A stretch of 37,569 nucleotides of DNA from Octopus bimaculoides (lineage: Eukaryota), in assembly GCF_001194135.2 (NCBI RefSeq), contig NC_069001.1:29931427-29968995 (forward strand). Reading direction: 5' to 3'. Positions within the stretch are counted from its first letter, which is position 1, and each line of letters starts with the position of its first letter. Below are positions 24,130 through 35,474 of the stretch, piece after piece. The translations under genes and the position numbers were made by a program. Below the pieces are notes generated by a model. That model was given only the letters and a program-made list of their open reading frames with translations, searched no databases and was not told where the DNA came from.

Positions 24130-24305
24130 CCTTTTATCTTTTAATTCTTTCAGTCCGGTTCTGCAGTAGCATTGCCTTCACGGTTTTTTGGTCGAATGAA
24201 TCGACCTCAGTGTTTATTTGCTAAACTACTAAGTTACAGTGATGTAAACACAACAGCAACGGTTGTCAAGCGGTGGGGTGACAGGCACTTGCCCAAAGAC
24301 ACGCA
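24130..24305 (-). mobile_element. SINE family B, 3' half
   Basis: Plus strand ttctttcagtc...gtcgaatgaatcgacctcagt...ctaagttacagtgatgtaaacacaacagcaacggttgtcaagcgg is the reverse complement of the family-B tail type. Confidence 0.75.
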
Positions 24306-24309
24306 TGCA

Positions 24310-24400
24310 TATATATATATATATAGAGAGAGAGAGAGGGGGATATAGAGGGAGAGGGGAGATGGGGAGAGAGAGGGGGAGGGAGAGAGGGAGAGAAGTT
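24310..24400. repeat. (TA)n followed by a GA-rich polypurine tract
   Basis: Direct reading. Confidence 0.85.
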
Positions 24401-25000
24401 ATGAGAGGTAATGGTGTCAGTAAGAACCAGAGGTGTCAGGTAATGCTGAGTAAATGCTATGCATAAAACATAGTTAAGCTCCAGGTTCGGTGATTATGCG
24501 AATAAGGAGACAAACGTGGGTCGTATATCAGCGTGTGTATATATAGAAAAAAATCAATATTTTTCAGAATGAGATAAAAAGAAAACCAAGGCTGTGAAAA
24601 TTTTAGAACATTTATATATAGGTATTACAGCTGTTTCTTGGATATTTATTATATCCCTTCATCGGAGACGGTGTGAGAAAATGGTTAAGCAATAGTTAAT
24701 TTAGATAAGAAAGGAAATAGAGAGTGAACTGAAGGATTCAAAATAGATGTGAGATATGCAGGGATATTGCATTTGTAGATGCATTATTTCGGTTGAATAG
24801 TATACATATACGATTCCAATACGCTGTGAGTAAAATCTAATAGTATTTAAAATTGGTCATTCCAAGTACAGAATTTGTACACAGTGCTAATGAATGAAGG
24901 GCTTTATTTAAAGTGACCTAAAAGTAGTGAATGTAAAAACACACACTCACCCACCCCCACCACCACACACACACATACATATATATATGTATGTATATAT

Positions 25001-25119
25001 ACGACGATCTTTCACTTTCCGGATGCCAAATCCAGCCATTTCAAAGGCTCTGGCAGCCTTGATTCTATAGAATAACATACTTGCCGTAGGTACCACGCAA
25101 TATGACCAAACACACAGCC
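25001..25119 (-). mobile_element. SINE family B, diverged 5' half
   Basis: acgacgatctttcactttccggatgccaaatcca...aaggctctgg...ctatagaataacatacttgcc...ccacgca...cacacagcc aligns to the reverse complement of 17992-18145. Confidence 0.7.
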
Positions 25120-25856
25120 TTTTTTTTTTACACTTTCACAATATTTAGTATATCATTGTTTTTTAGCATATCTATTACCTTCAAAATTGGAGAGATTACT
25201 CATTGAATATTCTTGTTATATATATATATATATATACATCACTTAGAGTCGAGCACTTAATGGCATATATGATAATTTTTTAAAATTACAACAGATTATA
25301 ATTTGTGATGGTAAAAACCGGCGAAAAGAATTTCAATAACAGGAGCTAAAGTATCATAACACAATGATTTCAAAGCTATTGTTATTCATTATGTTGTAAC
25401 CTAAGTGGATTTTGGAAAGGTAAAGCAACAGTTCCTGTGGCTCAAAAATGAAATAATATTCAAAAAATCCGAATTGAGTTTAAAATTCTATTTAATGGAT
25501 ATAAACGAATGGTATTTTAATGTATCATGTAAATTAAATGTATCTTTCTCAATGAACTATACATAATTTAAATTAATTCACATTTTGCAGAGAGATACAA
25601 GTGAAATATGAGGAGCAACTTATGCGAAATATTATTATAAAGATTGTTTTACATAAAGTCACGATTCTTTAGAATATATACAAAATATTTAATCACTTTA
25701 ACATTTTATTTCCATTTGTGTAATGTATTCGAAATGATGTATCAAACTTACCATGAGTGAAGATGAAATTAATAGGTGGAATTAATAATGCATGTGAATA
25801 AAGAGATCAATGGCTAAACGATTGACACCAATTCGAATTCAATACTAATTAATAAA

Positions 25857-25900
<44 letters not shown>

Positions 25901-26830
25901 NNNNNNNNNNNNNNNNNNNNNNNNNNNNNNNNNNNNNNNNNNNNNNNNNNNNNNNNNNNNNNNNNNNNNNNNNNNNNNNNNNNNNNNNNNNNNNNNNNNN
26001 NNNNNNNNNNNNNNNNNNNNNNNNNNNNNNNNNNNNNNNNNNNNNNNNNNNNNNNNNNNNNNNNNNNNNNNNNNNNNNNNNNNNNNNNNNNNNNNNNNNN
26101 NNNNNNNNNNNNNNNNNNNNNNNNNNNNNNNNNNNNNNNNNNNNNNNNNNNNNNNNNNNNNNNNNNNNNNNNNNNNNNNNNNNNNNNNNNNNNNNNNNNN
26201 NNNNNNNNNNNNNNNNNNNNNNNNNNNNNNNNNNNNNNNNNNNNNNNNNNNNNNNNNNNNNNNNNNNNNNNNNNNNNNNNNNNNNNNNNNNNNNNNNNNN
26301 NNNNNNNNNNNNNNNNNNNNNNNNNNNNNNNNNNNNNNNNNNNNNNNNNNNNNNNNNNNNNNNNNNNNNNNNNNNNNNNNNNNNNNNNNNNNNNNNNNNN
26401 NNNNNNNNNNNNNNNNNNNNNNNNNNNNNNNNNNNNNNNNNNNNNNNNNNNNNNNNNNNNNNNNNNNNNNNNNNNNNNNNNNNNNNNNNNNNNNNNNNNN
26501 NNNNNNNNNNNNNNNNNNNNNNNNNNNNNNNNNNNNNNNNNNNNNNNNNNNNNNNNNNNNNNNNNNNNNNNNNNNNNNNNNNNNNNNNNNNNNNNNNNNN
26601 NNNNNNNNNNNNNNNNNNNNNNNNNNNNNNNNNNNNNNNNNNNNNNNNNNNNNNNNNNNNNNNNNNNNNNNNNNNNNNNNNNNNNNNNNNNNNNNNNNNN
26701 NNNNNNNNNNNNNNNNNNNNNNNNNNNNNNNNNNNNNNNNNNNNNNNNNNNNNNNNNNNNNNNNNNNNNNNNNNNNNNNNNNNNNNNNNNNNNNNNNNNN
26801 NNNNNNNNNNNNNNNNNNNNNNNNNNNNNN
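25901..26830. other. Largest assembly gap (930 N) between TA arrays
   Basis: Other gaps: 5671-5802, 9613-9816, 11126-11517, 12853-12862, 18180-18493, 28623-28674. Confidence 1.
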
Positions 26831-27094
26831 ATATATATAGTGTTTTATATAGTCATTGTGCTCATGAAATTACTATTTATTACTACTGATCTTCATAATT
26901 TATTTCCAACGAAGTAAATTTAAGTTTAATTGTTGTAAAATGTTAAAAGTATAACAAAAGCACTAAATGCTTATACAAAATGTTTATGACACACACATAC
27001 ACACATACATATTATACACGCGCATGTACATTTATACCTGTCTGTGTATGTGTGTGTGTGTGCGTGTGTGTGTGTGTATTATCATGAAACAAAA

Positions 27095-27312
27095 ATCCAC
27101 CCCGGACAATAAGATCATAAATCCTATTTCCAGTATTCTCCGGCATATACATCAAATCCTGGACAGGACTTTTGCCCCTCGCAGGATTACTCAGTTTTGT
27201 AACCTGTGTGCATTAGAAGGACCGGCAAGGATATGTTTTGCTCAGGAACACAACATATCCCCCGGTCCTGGAATATAAACCAAAACTTTTCGAACAGGAG
27301 GCCAGGCGCCTC
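27095..27312 (-). mobile_element. Diverged tRNA-headed SINE related to family C
   Basis: Minus strand aggcgcctggcc...ggtttatattccaggaccgggggatatgttgtgttcctgagcaaaaca: decayed B-box plus the tgttgtgttc(c/t)tgag motif seen at 12181. The 3' part differs from the 12.2-kb copy. Confidence 0.55.
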
Positions 27313-27419
27313 TACAGACATATATTGGTCAAAAATTTCGATACAAGTCCAGTAATTCCGGTTGAGGGTTGAGTTGATAACATCAATGCAGTCCTCAGCG
27401 GATACCAATAAACGTTATG

Positions 27420-27959
27420 GGGGACTCGCATCCAGCAGAACTGAGAAAACATTGAAGATGTGCGGGCAGCTGTGAGGAGAAAACGTCGAATCACCATCTG
27501 TGAGTTATCAGAAGTGCAGATTAATTACTGTTGAGTTCAGTCAATTATCACTGAAGAGTTGTGTATTAGACGGTATCTGCCAAGTTTGTGCGAAAACTGC
27601 TTTCAGCTAATGTAAAAGACACTCGGGTTTCAGTTGCACAAAATTTCCTTGATTCTGTCGAGAACGATGAAATTATTCTGAAAACTTTACGTAGACATCT
27701 GAGCAGGTATGGCCAAGCTTTTGGCAAAATTTGATGCGGATTCTCGGTTCAACTTTTTCTGAAATGTCAATGGGACAATCACACACTACACACGTTACGT
27801 CCAAGCACTGCTGTAAACAGTATAATTTAGCTAGCAGCTAAAACTTAGTACACATGCACAGCAGAGTTCAAGGTCAATATCTACAAAGCGGCATCACTCT
27901 TGGTGCTTTAATTTCGTTACTATACCACCAGTCCAGATAGTTATTGATCAAACCACGTA
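27420..27959 (+). mobile_element. Internally deleted mariner relic (DNA-binding region plus right end)
   Basis: NIEDVRAAVRRKRRITICELSE..VQSIITEELCIRR/VSAKFVRKLL is the mariner HTH and WVPREL-equivalent linker; it ends gttattgatcaaaccacgta (TIR-like end with TA). Confidence 0.8.
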
Positions 27960-28674
27960 TGTATAAATTTTCTTTTAATAGCCGGTTACATTTAAAAAGA
28001 GAATATTAAATATATTTTACTAAGATATCTTGACAGAAAATTAAGAGATATAGATAGTTCTAAGATGTGTGCTAATTATTCCGACTTCATTAGCTCGGAG
28101 GCCAAATCTCAGGGAGGTTAGAACTGAATTTCATTTTTCTAAGCTCAATTGATAAGTCGCTAACCCAGTGTTCCGGAGTCGAATACTTGTTTTGTTATAA
28201 TATTATTTTATATTTCGTTTTATTTCCATCTTACCACGTAATAACATTGTCTGCAATTGAATGTGAATAGGCCTGTATCTTCCGGATTATATCTACGCAA
28301 AGAATGTCATATATCACATTTACGTCACTATGTATATTTGAGAAAATCCATGAAAAGAAAGAAAACAATTCATATTATTTGTTAGGTGTAACTCAACCAC
28401 AGAAACAAAGCCACAAACTTTATTGAGGGACTTGTTATCTGTTATATTGACTATTATATATAATATATTTCATCGGTTGTCAAAATTTACCTACGTCTTC
28501 AGAATAATTCCGGCTTGCTCTACAGGACAAGATGTTAATAAACTTTATTGCAGCATTTTAACTGGATCAATTTTAACTATCAATATTCAACGTTATGCAT
28601 GTAATATATATATATATATATANNNNNNNNNNNNNNNNNNNNNNNNNNNNNNNNNNNNNNNNNNNNNNNNNNNN

Positions 28675-28880
28675 TATATACCTGTGCGTGTGTGTGTGTA
28701 TGTGTATAAATATATGTATACATATGTTGGTGCGCTTGTGTGTGTATATAAACATATATACGATTATATATATGTATGTATATGTATTTATGTATGTATA
28801 TATATATTTAAATTTACATTTCTACACCTGCACACACTCACATACATATATATATATATATGTATACCATTATAAACATG
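28675..28880. repeat. Degenerate TA/TG/CA microsatellite region
   Basis: Direct reading. Confidence 0.85.
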
Positions 28881-29355
28881 CATAAATGAAAGTTCATTTT
28901 ATGCTGGATATTATTCACGAGATGCATAGCCTTCACAAGATTTCTAAATCTGGTGTCATTGCTGCAGTTAAAGTTACATTTAAACTATAGCAATTCGATA
29001 AATGGAAGGAAGATGTGATCAGCAGTAGATCTCTCTCAAACTGTTGTTCTAATTCAACTAGAATTAGAATTAATTTCATGGTATTCAATGTTATGGAGAT
29101 CACTGGTGACACGATGAATAACGAATCGTGAATGGTTGATCGAAAGTGATACAAAAAGTAACAAAAGATATTAGGGACGAGAAGAGCGTCACCTGCATAA
29201 TTGCTGTCGGTCCGCAGGTCCTGGTGAATGTCATTTGCGCTCACTTAATTTACTGAGAAGTTGTATACGGAGTGATTCTTTGACCGGTTGATGTAGTTTA
29301 ACTTTTCTTTTTTCAAGGCTTGGGCACCAATTTCGAGAAACTAGCTTCGAATCGA

Positions 29356-29520
29356 TTTGCGGTCATTACGTTCTGCGTTCAAATTTCACCGCGGTCGAGT
29401 TTGCCTTTCATCTTTTCGGGTTCGATAAATTAAGTACCAGTTGCGTACTGGGGTCGATCGAATCGACTGGCCCCCTCCCCGAAAGTTTAATGCCTTGTGC
29501 TTAGAGTAGAAAAGTATATT
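29356..29520 (+). mobile_element. SINE family A, 5'-truncated
   Basis: cattacgttctgcgttcaaatttcaccgcggtcgagtttgcctttcatc...ataaattaagtaccagttgcgtactggggtcgatc...ccttgtgcttagagtagaaaagtatatt. Confidence 0.9.
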
Positions 29521-30002
29521 ACTTGCATTGAGCCTATATTTACAAAGACTATTCATTATTGGTTTTGAATAATCACATGCGATCTTACTTTTGTCAATTG
29601 TATATATTTATAATTGTCAGAAATTAAGATATTCTGTTTTAATTGTAGTGATCACGTAACCCTCATTTACACGACAAGTGATGTTTATTTAACTATTCTT
29701 TGCTCAACCGGTTTTTTTTTCTTCCTTAATTTGATGATATGACGCAACTCGATGTCAACGCTTGCTTGGTATTTTCGAGGATATTTTATTATGCTGTGTC
29801 GCGTACGCTTATCCTATAAAGCAAGTAAAATTTAATGGTTATATTACAATTTGAAAACCAAAAAAGTTATTTGACGTTTAATATTGTTTTGAGCTCAGTA
29901 ACGATATGTAATACATGCGATGAAGGTACGTGGACGAGAATACGTTCAGCTAAAAACATCTCAAGGTATCCGATTCGAAAACGCGTTTGATTTACTCCGG
30001 AA

Positions 30003-30253
30003 AACAGTGCAAAAAATTGTTACGACTATAAACCCGAAGGCATCATCGAACATGATAATGCAAAGATCCTTTGGTATTTTATGATTCAGTGCGACCATGA
30101 GATAGAGAATAGAAAACGAGACATAGTGTAAAGTTAGAAAGAAAGCAAGCGATGCTTGTCATAGAGATAGCATGCCTAGCTGAACACAAGGTATGCGATA
30201 ATGAAGAAAGAAAAGTCGATCGATATGACAGGTTAGCTTGGGAGGTGAGGCAG
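30003..30253 (+). mobile_element. R4/Dong-clade LINE fragment, restriction-like endonuclease region
   Basis: KNCYDYKPEGIIEHDNAKILWYFMIQCDHEIENRKRDIV (ILWDF..Q.D....R.PDI motif), then VIEIACLAEHKVCDNEERKVDRYDRLAWEVRQ (D..P..K..K.Y..L motif). Confidence 0.85.
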
Positions 30254-30435
30254 GTCTGTGCAAGTACTCCACCTTAATTTTTTGTGTCATTTCTTTCTCC
30301 ATCAATTTATCCATTTCCAATATCCCCTGGTACTTATAGCATGTCTCTTCTATCTGTTTCATAATCTCACCAGACGGTATCGCTAGCTTGTTCATACATT
30401 TGATTTTGCCTCTCTTCAAGACTAATACACCACGC
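30254..30435 (-). mobile_element. R4/Dong-clade LINE fragment, RT C-terminal region (inverted)
   Basis: KRGVLVLKRGKIKCMNKLAIPSGEIMKQIEETCYKYQGILEMDKLMEKEMTQKIKVEYLHR = KC..L..KRG...YKYLG.LE...EY..R motif. Confidence 0.85.
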
Positions 30436-30461
30436 TTTTACAGTCCGAACTCTTTTCGGAG

Positions 30462-30500
30462 TGTGTAAAGCACTTGTGTAAAGCACTTGTGTAAAGCACC
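30462..30500. repeat. 13-bp tandem triplication (tgtgtaaagcact x3)
   Basis: Units at 30462, 30475 and 30488 (last base differs). Confidence 0.95.
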
Positions 30501-30594
30501 AGTCCAGTACTGGAGTTGAAGTAACCGACTACCAAATCTCACTAAAATCGTTAGCTTTGTGTTACAATTAGAAACAAATATCATAATCTCTATT

Positions 30595-30745
30595 CTGACA
30601 GAATCGTTAGATAAACTGCTTAGAGGCTTGACTTGCGATGTATTACGTACCGGGTTCAAGTCCATTGGGACCAAATTTGCATTGCATCAAATCGATAAAA
30701 TAAGATACAAGTTAGTTACTGGAGTGTCTATTAATGGTACTCTAG
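30595..30745 (+). mobile_element. Highly diverged SINE family A copy
   Basis: cagaatcgttag...tgcttagagg...ttacgtaccgggttcaagtcc...tttgcattgcatc...tcgataaaataag...gttactggag; motifs in family-A order. Confidence 0.6.
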
Positions 30746-30964
30746 CTTTAAAGTACTGATTTTGTGCCAAAATTTGAAACAATTATTTGATATTGTTTTT
30801 GTTTATATTTTTGTCGTTATTCAATTGGCTTTGAGAAGCCTGAAGTATTTCAAGTGTCAATGGAAAAAATAATTATCGTTTTGCTTCTTCTTTCATGTTT
30901 GTGTATTGTGAATTTTTAGATCTAAATATCTAGCAATCTCATCCGTAGTGAGATAAGACAAGGT

Positions 30965-30967
<3 letters not shown>

Positions 30968-30999
<32 letters not shown>
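30968..30999. repeat. Poly(T) tract, 32 nt
   Basis: Direct count. Confidence 0.97.
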
Positions 31000-33749
31000 C
31001 ATTAATTTCGTTTCATCACTTTGGAAATCGAATTCGATACTGACCTTCCGTAACATGCAGAAAAGGCTTCCAAATTGGTTTTTGAAATAGAAAAATATAT
31101 TACTCCCCACAACCGCATCCCGAATAAGAAACGGGAAAGAATACACGAATAATTTAGAAATGCGGAATATTTGTCATTGCTGAAATAAAAAAAAAATGCA
31201 AAATAAGTAAATAAATAAATAAGTAAAACAAGTTACTTCGTGAAAACCAGTGACATTCTAAAACGAAAGCTTAATGGTAACAGCAATAACAACAAAAACA
31301 CCACAAAAAACAACAGCAGTAACACATACCACGAGCAAAATCGACATTCTTATTTGTAAATACATATAGATCATGGACGAAAGCTTGATGTATGTATTTT
31401 CCAGGCTTTTGCAACCGCTGTCTTTTTTTTTATACAATAAACCTGGATATGAATCGCTTCACTATTAGAAAAAATATAGCCTGTTACAAGTTTCATACTC
31501 CAATGGATGTTACGAGTAAAGATAAGTAATATATTTGTTGCGACAATCTAAGGTCATATAATGCCCAAAGCCGATTTGGAGGAAGCACTCGTATGCAATA
31601 TGATTGCTTTTGGAAATGTATGCTTTGTTTTTCAGAACGAGAAACAGTTAAATAGAAAACTGGATATTTACTGGAATTCCTGATTCTAAACCAGTCGTAC
31701 TATATTTCGGGCACATGTTATCGAACAGGATGTTGCCCTGGGCTCTTGTCTTTGGTGGTGGTGGATGGCCAAGCCCGACCATATATTCATTGACTTACGT
31801 TGAAGTCGGTGTTATCGAAAATATAAATGCTGTCACTACCACCTAGCGTAATTCTAGAATTGTGCACTGAAGTAGGCACTGATAAAACATTGATTGAATG
31901 ATTATGTCAGAAAGACCAGCGGTAAATTAAAAACAGCAATTTCTTTAACGGCTTTTCTAGAAGAGCTTAACGGATGAAAAGTGAGTCAGTTGGACTTAAG
32001 TCATCCCCAGGCTCACAAGAGGGAACATATACAATTCCTAGTTCTTCTTTACAGAAGATGACCATATAGTCTGCCATCACTTCCATTACACGGCGCAAAT
32101 TGGGGTAGTCACAATGAGGAATATATATGGCAGAAAAGTGTGACAAAACGCAGTAGAAATAGAGCGAGTTCTAGAGAAGCATACTGACCATAGTTGGAGG
32201 CTGAAGTATATGAAAACTGCATCATACAAGTGTTCACATGTAACGTACGTGTACTTATATTTCATTATCCTATCCTCATATTTTATGTAAACGACGACAC
32301 AATTTTAAAATGTCCTTGAAGTGCCGTCCTTCATCTGAAACAAATACGGCAGATCAGATGAATTATTAATCGGATTATTAACCTACGTTTCGTGGGAGAT
32401 CGTTATTATCATCGCTGTTGGTACCTTTGCACTTTTTACTGTCGTCGTAGCAAAAAGAGACAATTATATATCTCCTGGGCGAGAAATTAATTTTACTTTC
32501 GACGAGGAATTAATTTTACCTTCGGTAGTGATTGTGTTTCGCATCCTGCACAAGATTATGTCTATCGCGCAGGCAGTATTTGAGACGCATTTTCCTTCAA
32601 CCCTTCCTCCCCACTCTCCCTCCCTCTCACTCGCTCTTCCTCTCTCAATTTCTCTTTCTAACTTTCTTTGAATAACATCCATGAACATATTTATATAAAA
32701 CATAAAATATCCCTATCCCAAGAATCAAACACTGATCAGTTTCCTTCCTCGTTCCATACACCTGAACAGATTTTTTTTTCAAGAGAACCCATTTTTAGGA
32801 ACATTTTCCACAAAATTTTCCGATATTTGCTGTTGAGTATTAAATTTTTTAATTTCAGTTACAGTTTTTGAAAACGCTGCCTCTTATTACACATGTTTCC
32901 TTCGTAAAACGTTTGTAAGTTTCCGTGTCTTTCGATTTTATTTTTGTTGTGATCGCTTCTGTCAAGTGACATTCTAATACCAGTTGAATCGTTATAATAT
33001 TTTGGAGGGAAATATTCAAAGTTTTCCGCTGCTAAATGATGAGTTTACCTCTGCAAATCATTCACACACTTAATATTCGACTTTCTGTCAGCAACACCTC
33101 CTAAGCTTGTATGTGTTTTTGCGAATATTTACGCGTTTACTTGTCGCAACTGCGGTTAAAATTAACAAAAATTAGTTGAAAAATTTTAATAAATATCTTC
33201 TTGGGCGAAAATCAATTAAATTGCTTTAACTTGCAATGCAAAGCAAGGGTACATGACATGACAAGTAAAAAAACAGCGCGTAATTTTTGAAGAAGTTGTT
33301 AATATCCAGCTTCGTGAAGATGGCCCACACAAATTACGATGTCTTCCCAAAATATTAGTATCCAATTCTTAATAACATATTTTTGTGTTTCTGCTTTCAC
33401 AAATGTGATAATAATAGAAAATAAAAAATAAACCTTGCTCTCACTGAAAACTCACGCGGAAAACTCTAATTCAATTCGTGTCAATATATTTTTAAAAAAA
33501 CGTGTCATTATATAAACCATGGAGAGAAAGACGAAGTGGCTGCTACTCAAGACGCTGTAAATTAATGACAAAATACAGCACCGAGAGCAGCACCACCATC
33601 ACTGTCGTCGCCAATAATAAAAATAAAACAAGAAGATGATGAAAAACAACAACACTAACAACTAAAACAGCAACAACAACAACTATAAGGGGAAGTAGGA
33701 GGAGAAGAAAACGAAGGAGAACAACGGCTACAACAATGTCTATTAGGAT

Positions 33750-34715
33750 ACTTATTATTATCGCTGTTGTTGTTGTTGCTGTTGACGTTGATGATGCTCA
33801 TTTTTAATGGATGTATTTTTATCACGTGCTGTCACTGCACAACCGAATGCAGGTCTGTGTGCCTCGGACATGGACTATGGTTTGTTATTGTGTTTTTGTT
33901 TAATGTATGAAAGTGTTAACGTAGGATTTGTGATGTGTTATTTTCTGTGAGCTATAATATATATTCGTAAATCTATAAGGTTTAATTATGTACTTTTATT
34001 TTTAGTTATTTCGGTTTTCAGGGTCCACTTTCGGGTTATCTCCTTTTCCAGATATTTGAGTGTCTTATATTTTTCTAGCAATAAATTGGCATCTGTGGGG
34101 ACTCATATGTCGATTAGAAAGCATTCCTTGTTAGTGACCCTGACGAGAATATCTGGACTAAGAGTCTCCCTCTCGCTATTTGTGTGTATTGTATATCTCA
34201 TATTACTGTTACTTTGTGATTTTCCGATGTTTTCAGAGACATACGTGTACCATATTCTGATTGCAATATTCCATCTTAGCCATGACCGGACAGCCAGAGA
34301 CAACATGTTTAATTGTTTTTATTCCCCATCGCCGTATATTCTGCAGTTACCCATTGTATTTCTCTTCATTGTGTGATTTTCGTGGCTAGTGGTGATTGAG
34401 GCTTTCGTCACAGTTAAAAGACTCTGAGTCACAATTTCTTAAATATTGTTCATATTTCATTCTCCCATTTTTTTTATTTTTAACTTATCCCAGTATTAGC
34501 TGTGGGAGGTTTTTTCGCCTCATCGTTTTATCATGGCATTTTGTCGTTCCAGTTTTAGCTAAGATTTTAGCTAAGGTTGCTTAGCAGCTGTTGATGTCCC
34601 TTTATTTTCTTTAGAGCTGTCCGGTATTATGATCACTTTCTTGTATATTTTGGCTTCCTTAAAGACCGAAGACAGATTTGTCTTTTGCTCATGCTGCACG
34701 ATATAGTATTATATT
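33750..34715 (-). mobile_element. R4/Dong-clade LINE 3' portion (second family) with 3' UTR and simple-repeat tail
   Basis: Minus-strand motifs in order: QHEQKTNLSSVFKEA, KLERQNAMIKR, CRIYGDG..TIKHVVSGCPVMAKMEY (CCHC knuckle), PDILVRVTNKECFLIDI*VPTD (RLE PD..D), KYLEKEITRKW, QILR*, a UTR, then a CAT/CAA/TAA tail at 33750-33800. Confidence 0.85.
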
Positions 34716-35204
34716 TGCCTCGAAGGTTACTGTCACTTTCCAGTTTTATTAGAATCGGCGTAATTTTTGATTTGCCTGTAAATAAAACATTTCCTAATTC
34801 TAAAACGTGTGAAAAGTTGCGTTGCAGATTTATTCATTTTACTCTGTTTTGTAATGCTATACTAGATTTCTCTACAGTTTTCATGTGGGAGGCATTTCTT
34901 TGGTTTCATGCATTTGCAAATGAAGATGAAGCAAAACAAAGCTGAAAATGCTAATGAAAAAAATTTTTTTTTTTCTTTTCAAACTAATTTTCGAAAACGG
35001 CTGAAATCAAATTGCCTTGTAAAATATATTCCCATAAGAACACAAACAAATAAAATTTTATCCGATTCGTTAACGAAAAATAAATCTTTGGCAAGTTATC
35101 CAAAATATTTAAGCGAGAGTAAAAAAAATACATTTACGGTGATTACAAATATCAACAGCACTAAACACAACTAACCAAAATTAAAGAAACAACGAAGATA
35201 AAGT

Positions 35205-35228
35205 AATAATAATATCTAAATACTACTT

Positions 35229-35268
<40 letters not shown>

Positions 35269-35432
35269 GACTACAACTACTACCACTGCCGCTGATGCTC
35301 GTACTAGTACAACTATTTCTAACTCGACTATTAATAATAATAATAATAATAATAGTAATAATAACAATAATATTAGTAATAATAATAATAGTAGTAATAA
35401 TAATAATAGCAACAATAATAAAAATAATGATG

Positions 35433-35472
<40 letters not shown>
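35205..35472. repeat. Compound trinucleotide microsatellite (ACT)n-(GCT)n-(AAT)n
   Basis: Direct reading; source of the poly-L/I/A ORFs. Confidence 0.95.

Positions 35473-35474
<2 letters not shown>

Noticed and set aside
25747-25760. Perfect minus-strand ATG|GTAAGT donor (similar ATG|GTAAGC at about 20297; CAG|GTAAGA at 7780)
   Set aside because: No clear upstream acceptor with an open coding frame; isolated donor motifs are expected by chance in 37 kb.
28933-29244. 103-aa minus-strand ORF (MSANDIHQD...)
   Set aside because: GTG start, no recognisable motif, no convincing splice sites; within chance expectation.
30968-30999. Poly(T) as the tail of a processed pseudogene
   Set aside because: No polyadenylation signal, TSD or ORF on the adjacent minus strand.
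33666-33783. 18-bp perfect inverted repeat (aacagcaacaacaacaac / gttgttgttgttgctgtt)
   Set aside because: Made of complementary triplet microsatellites, one being the LINE tail; low-complexity coincidence.
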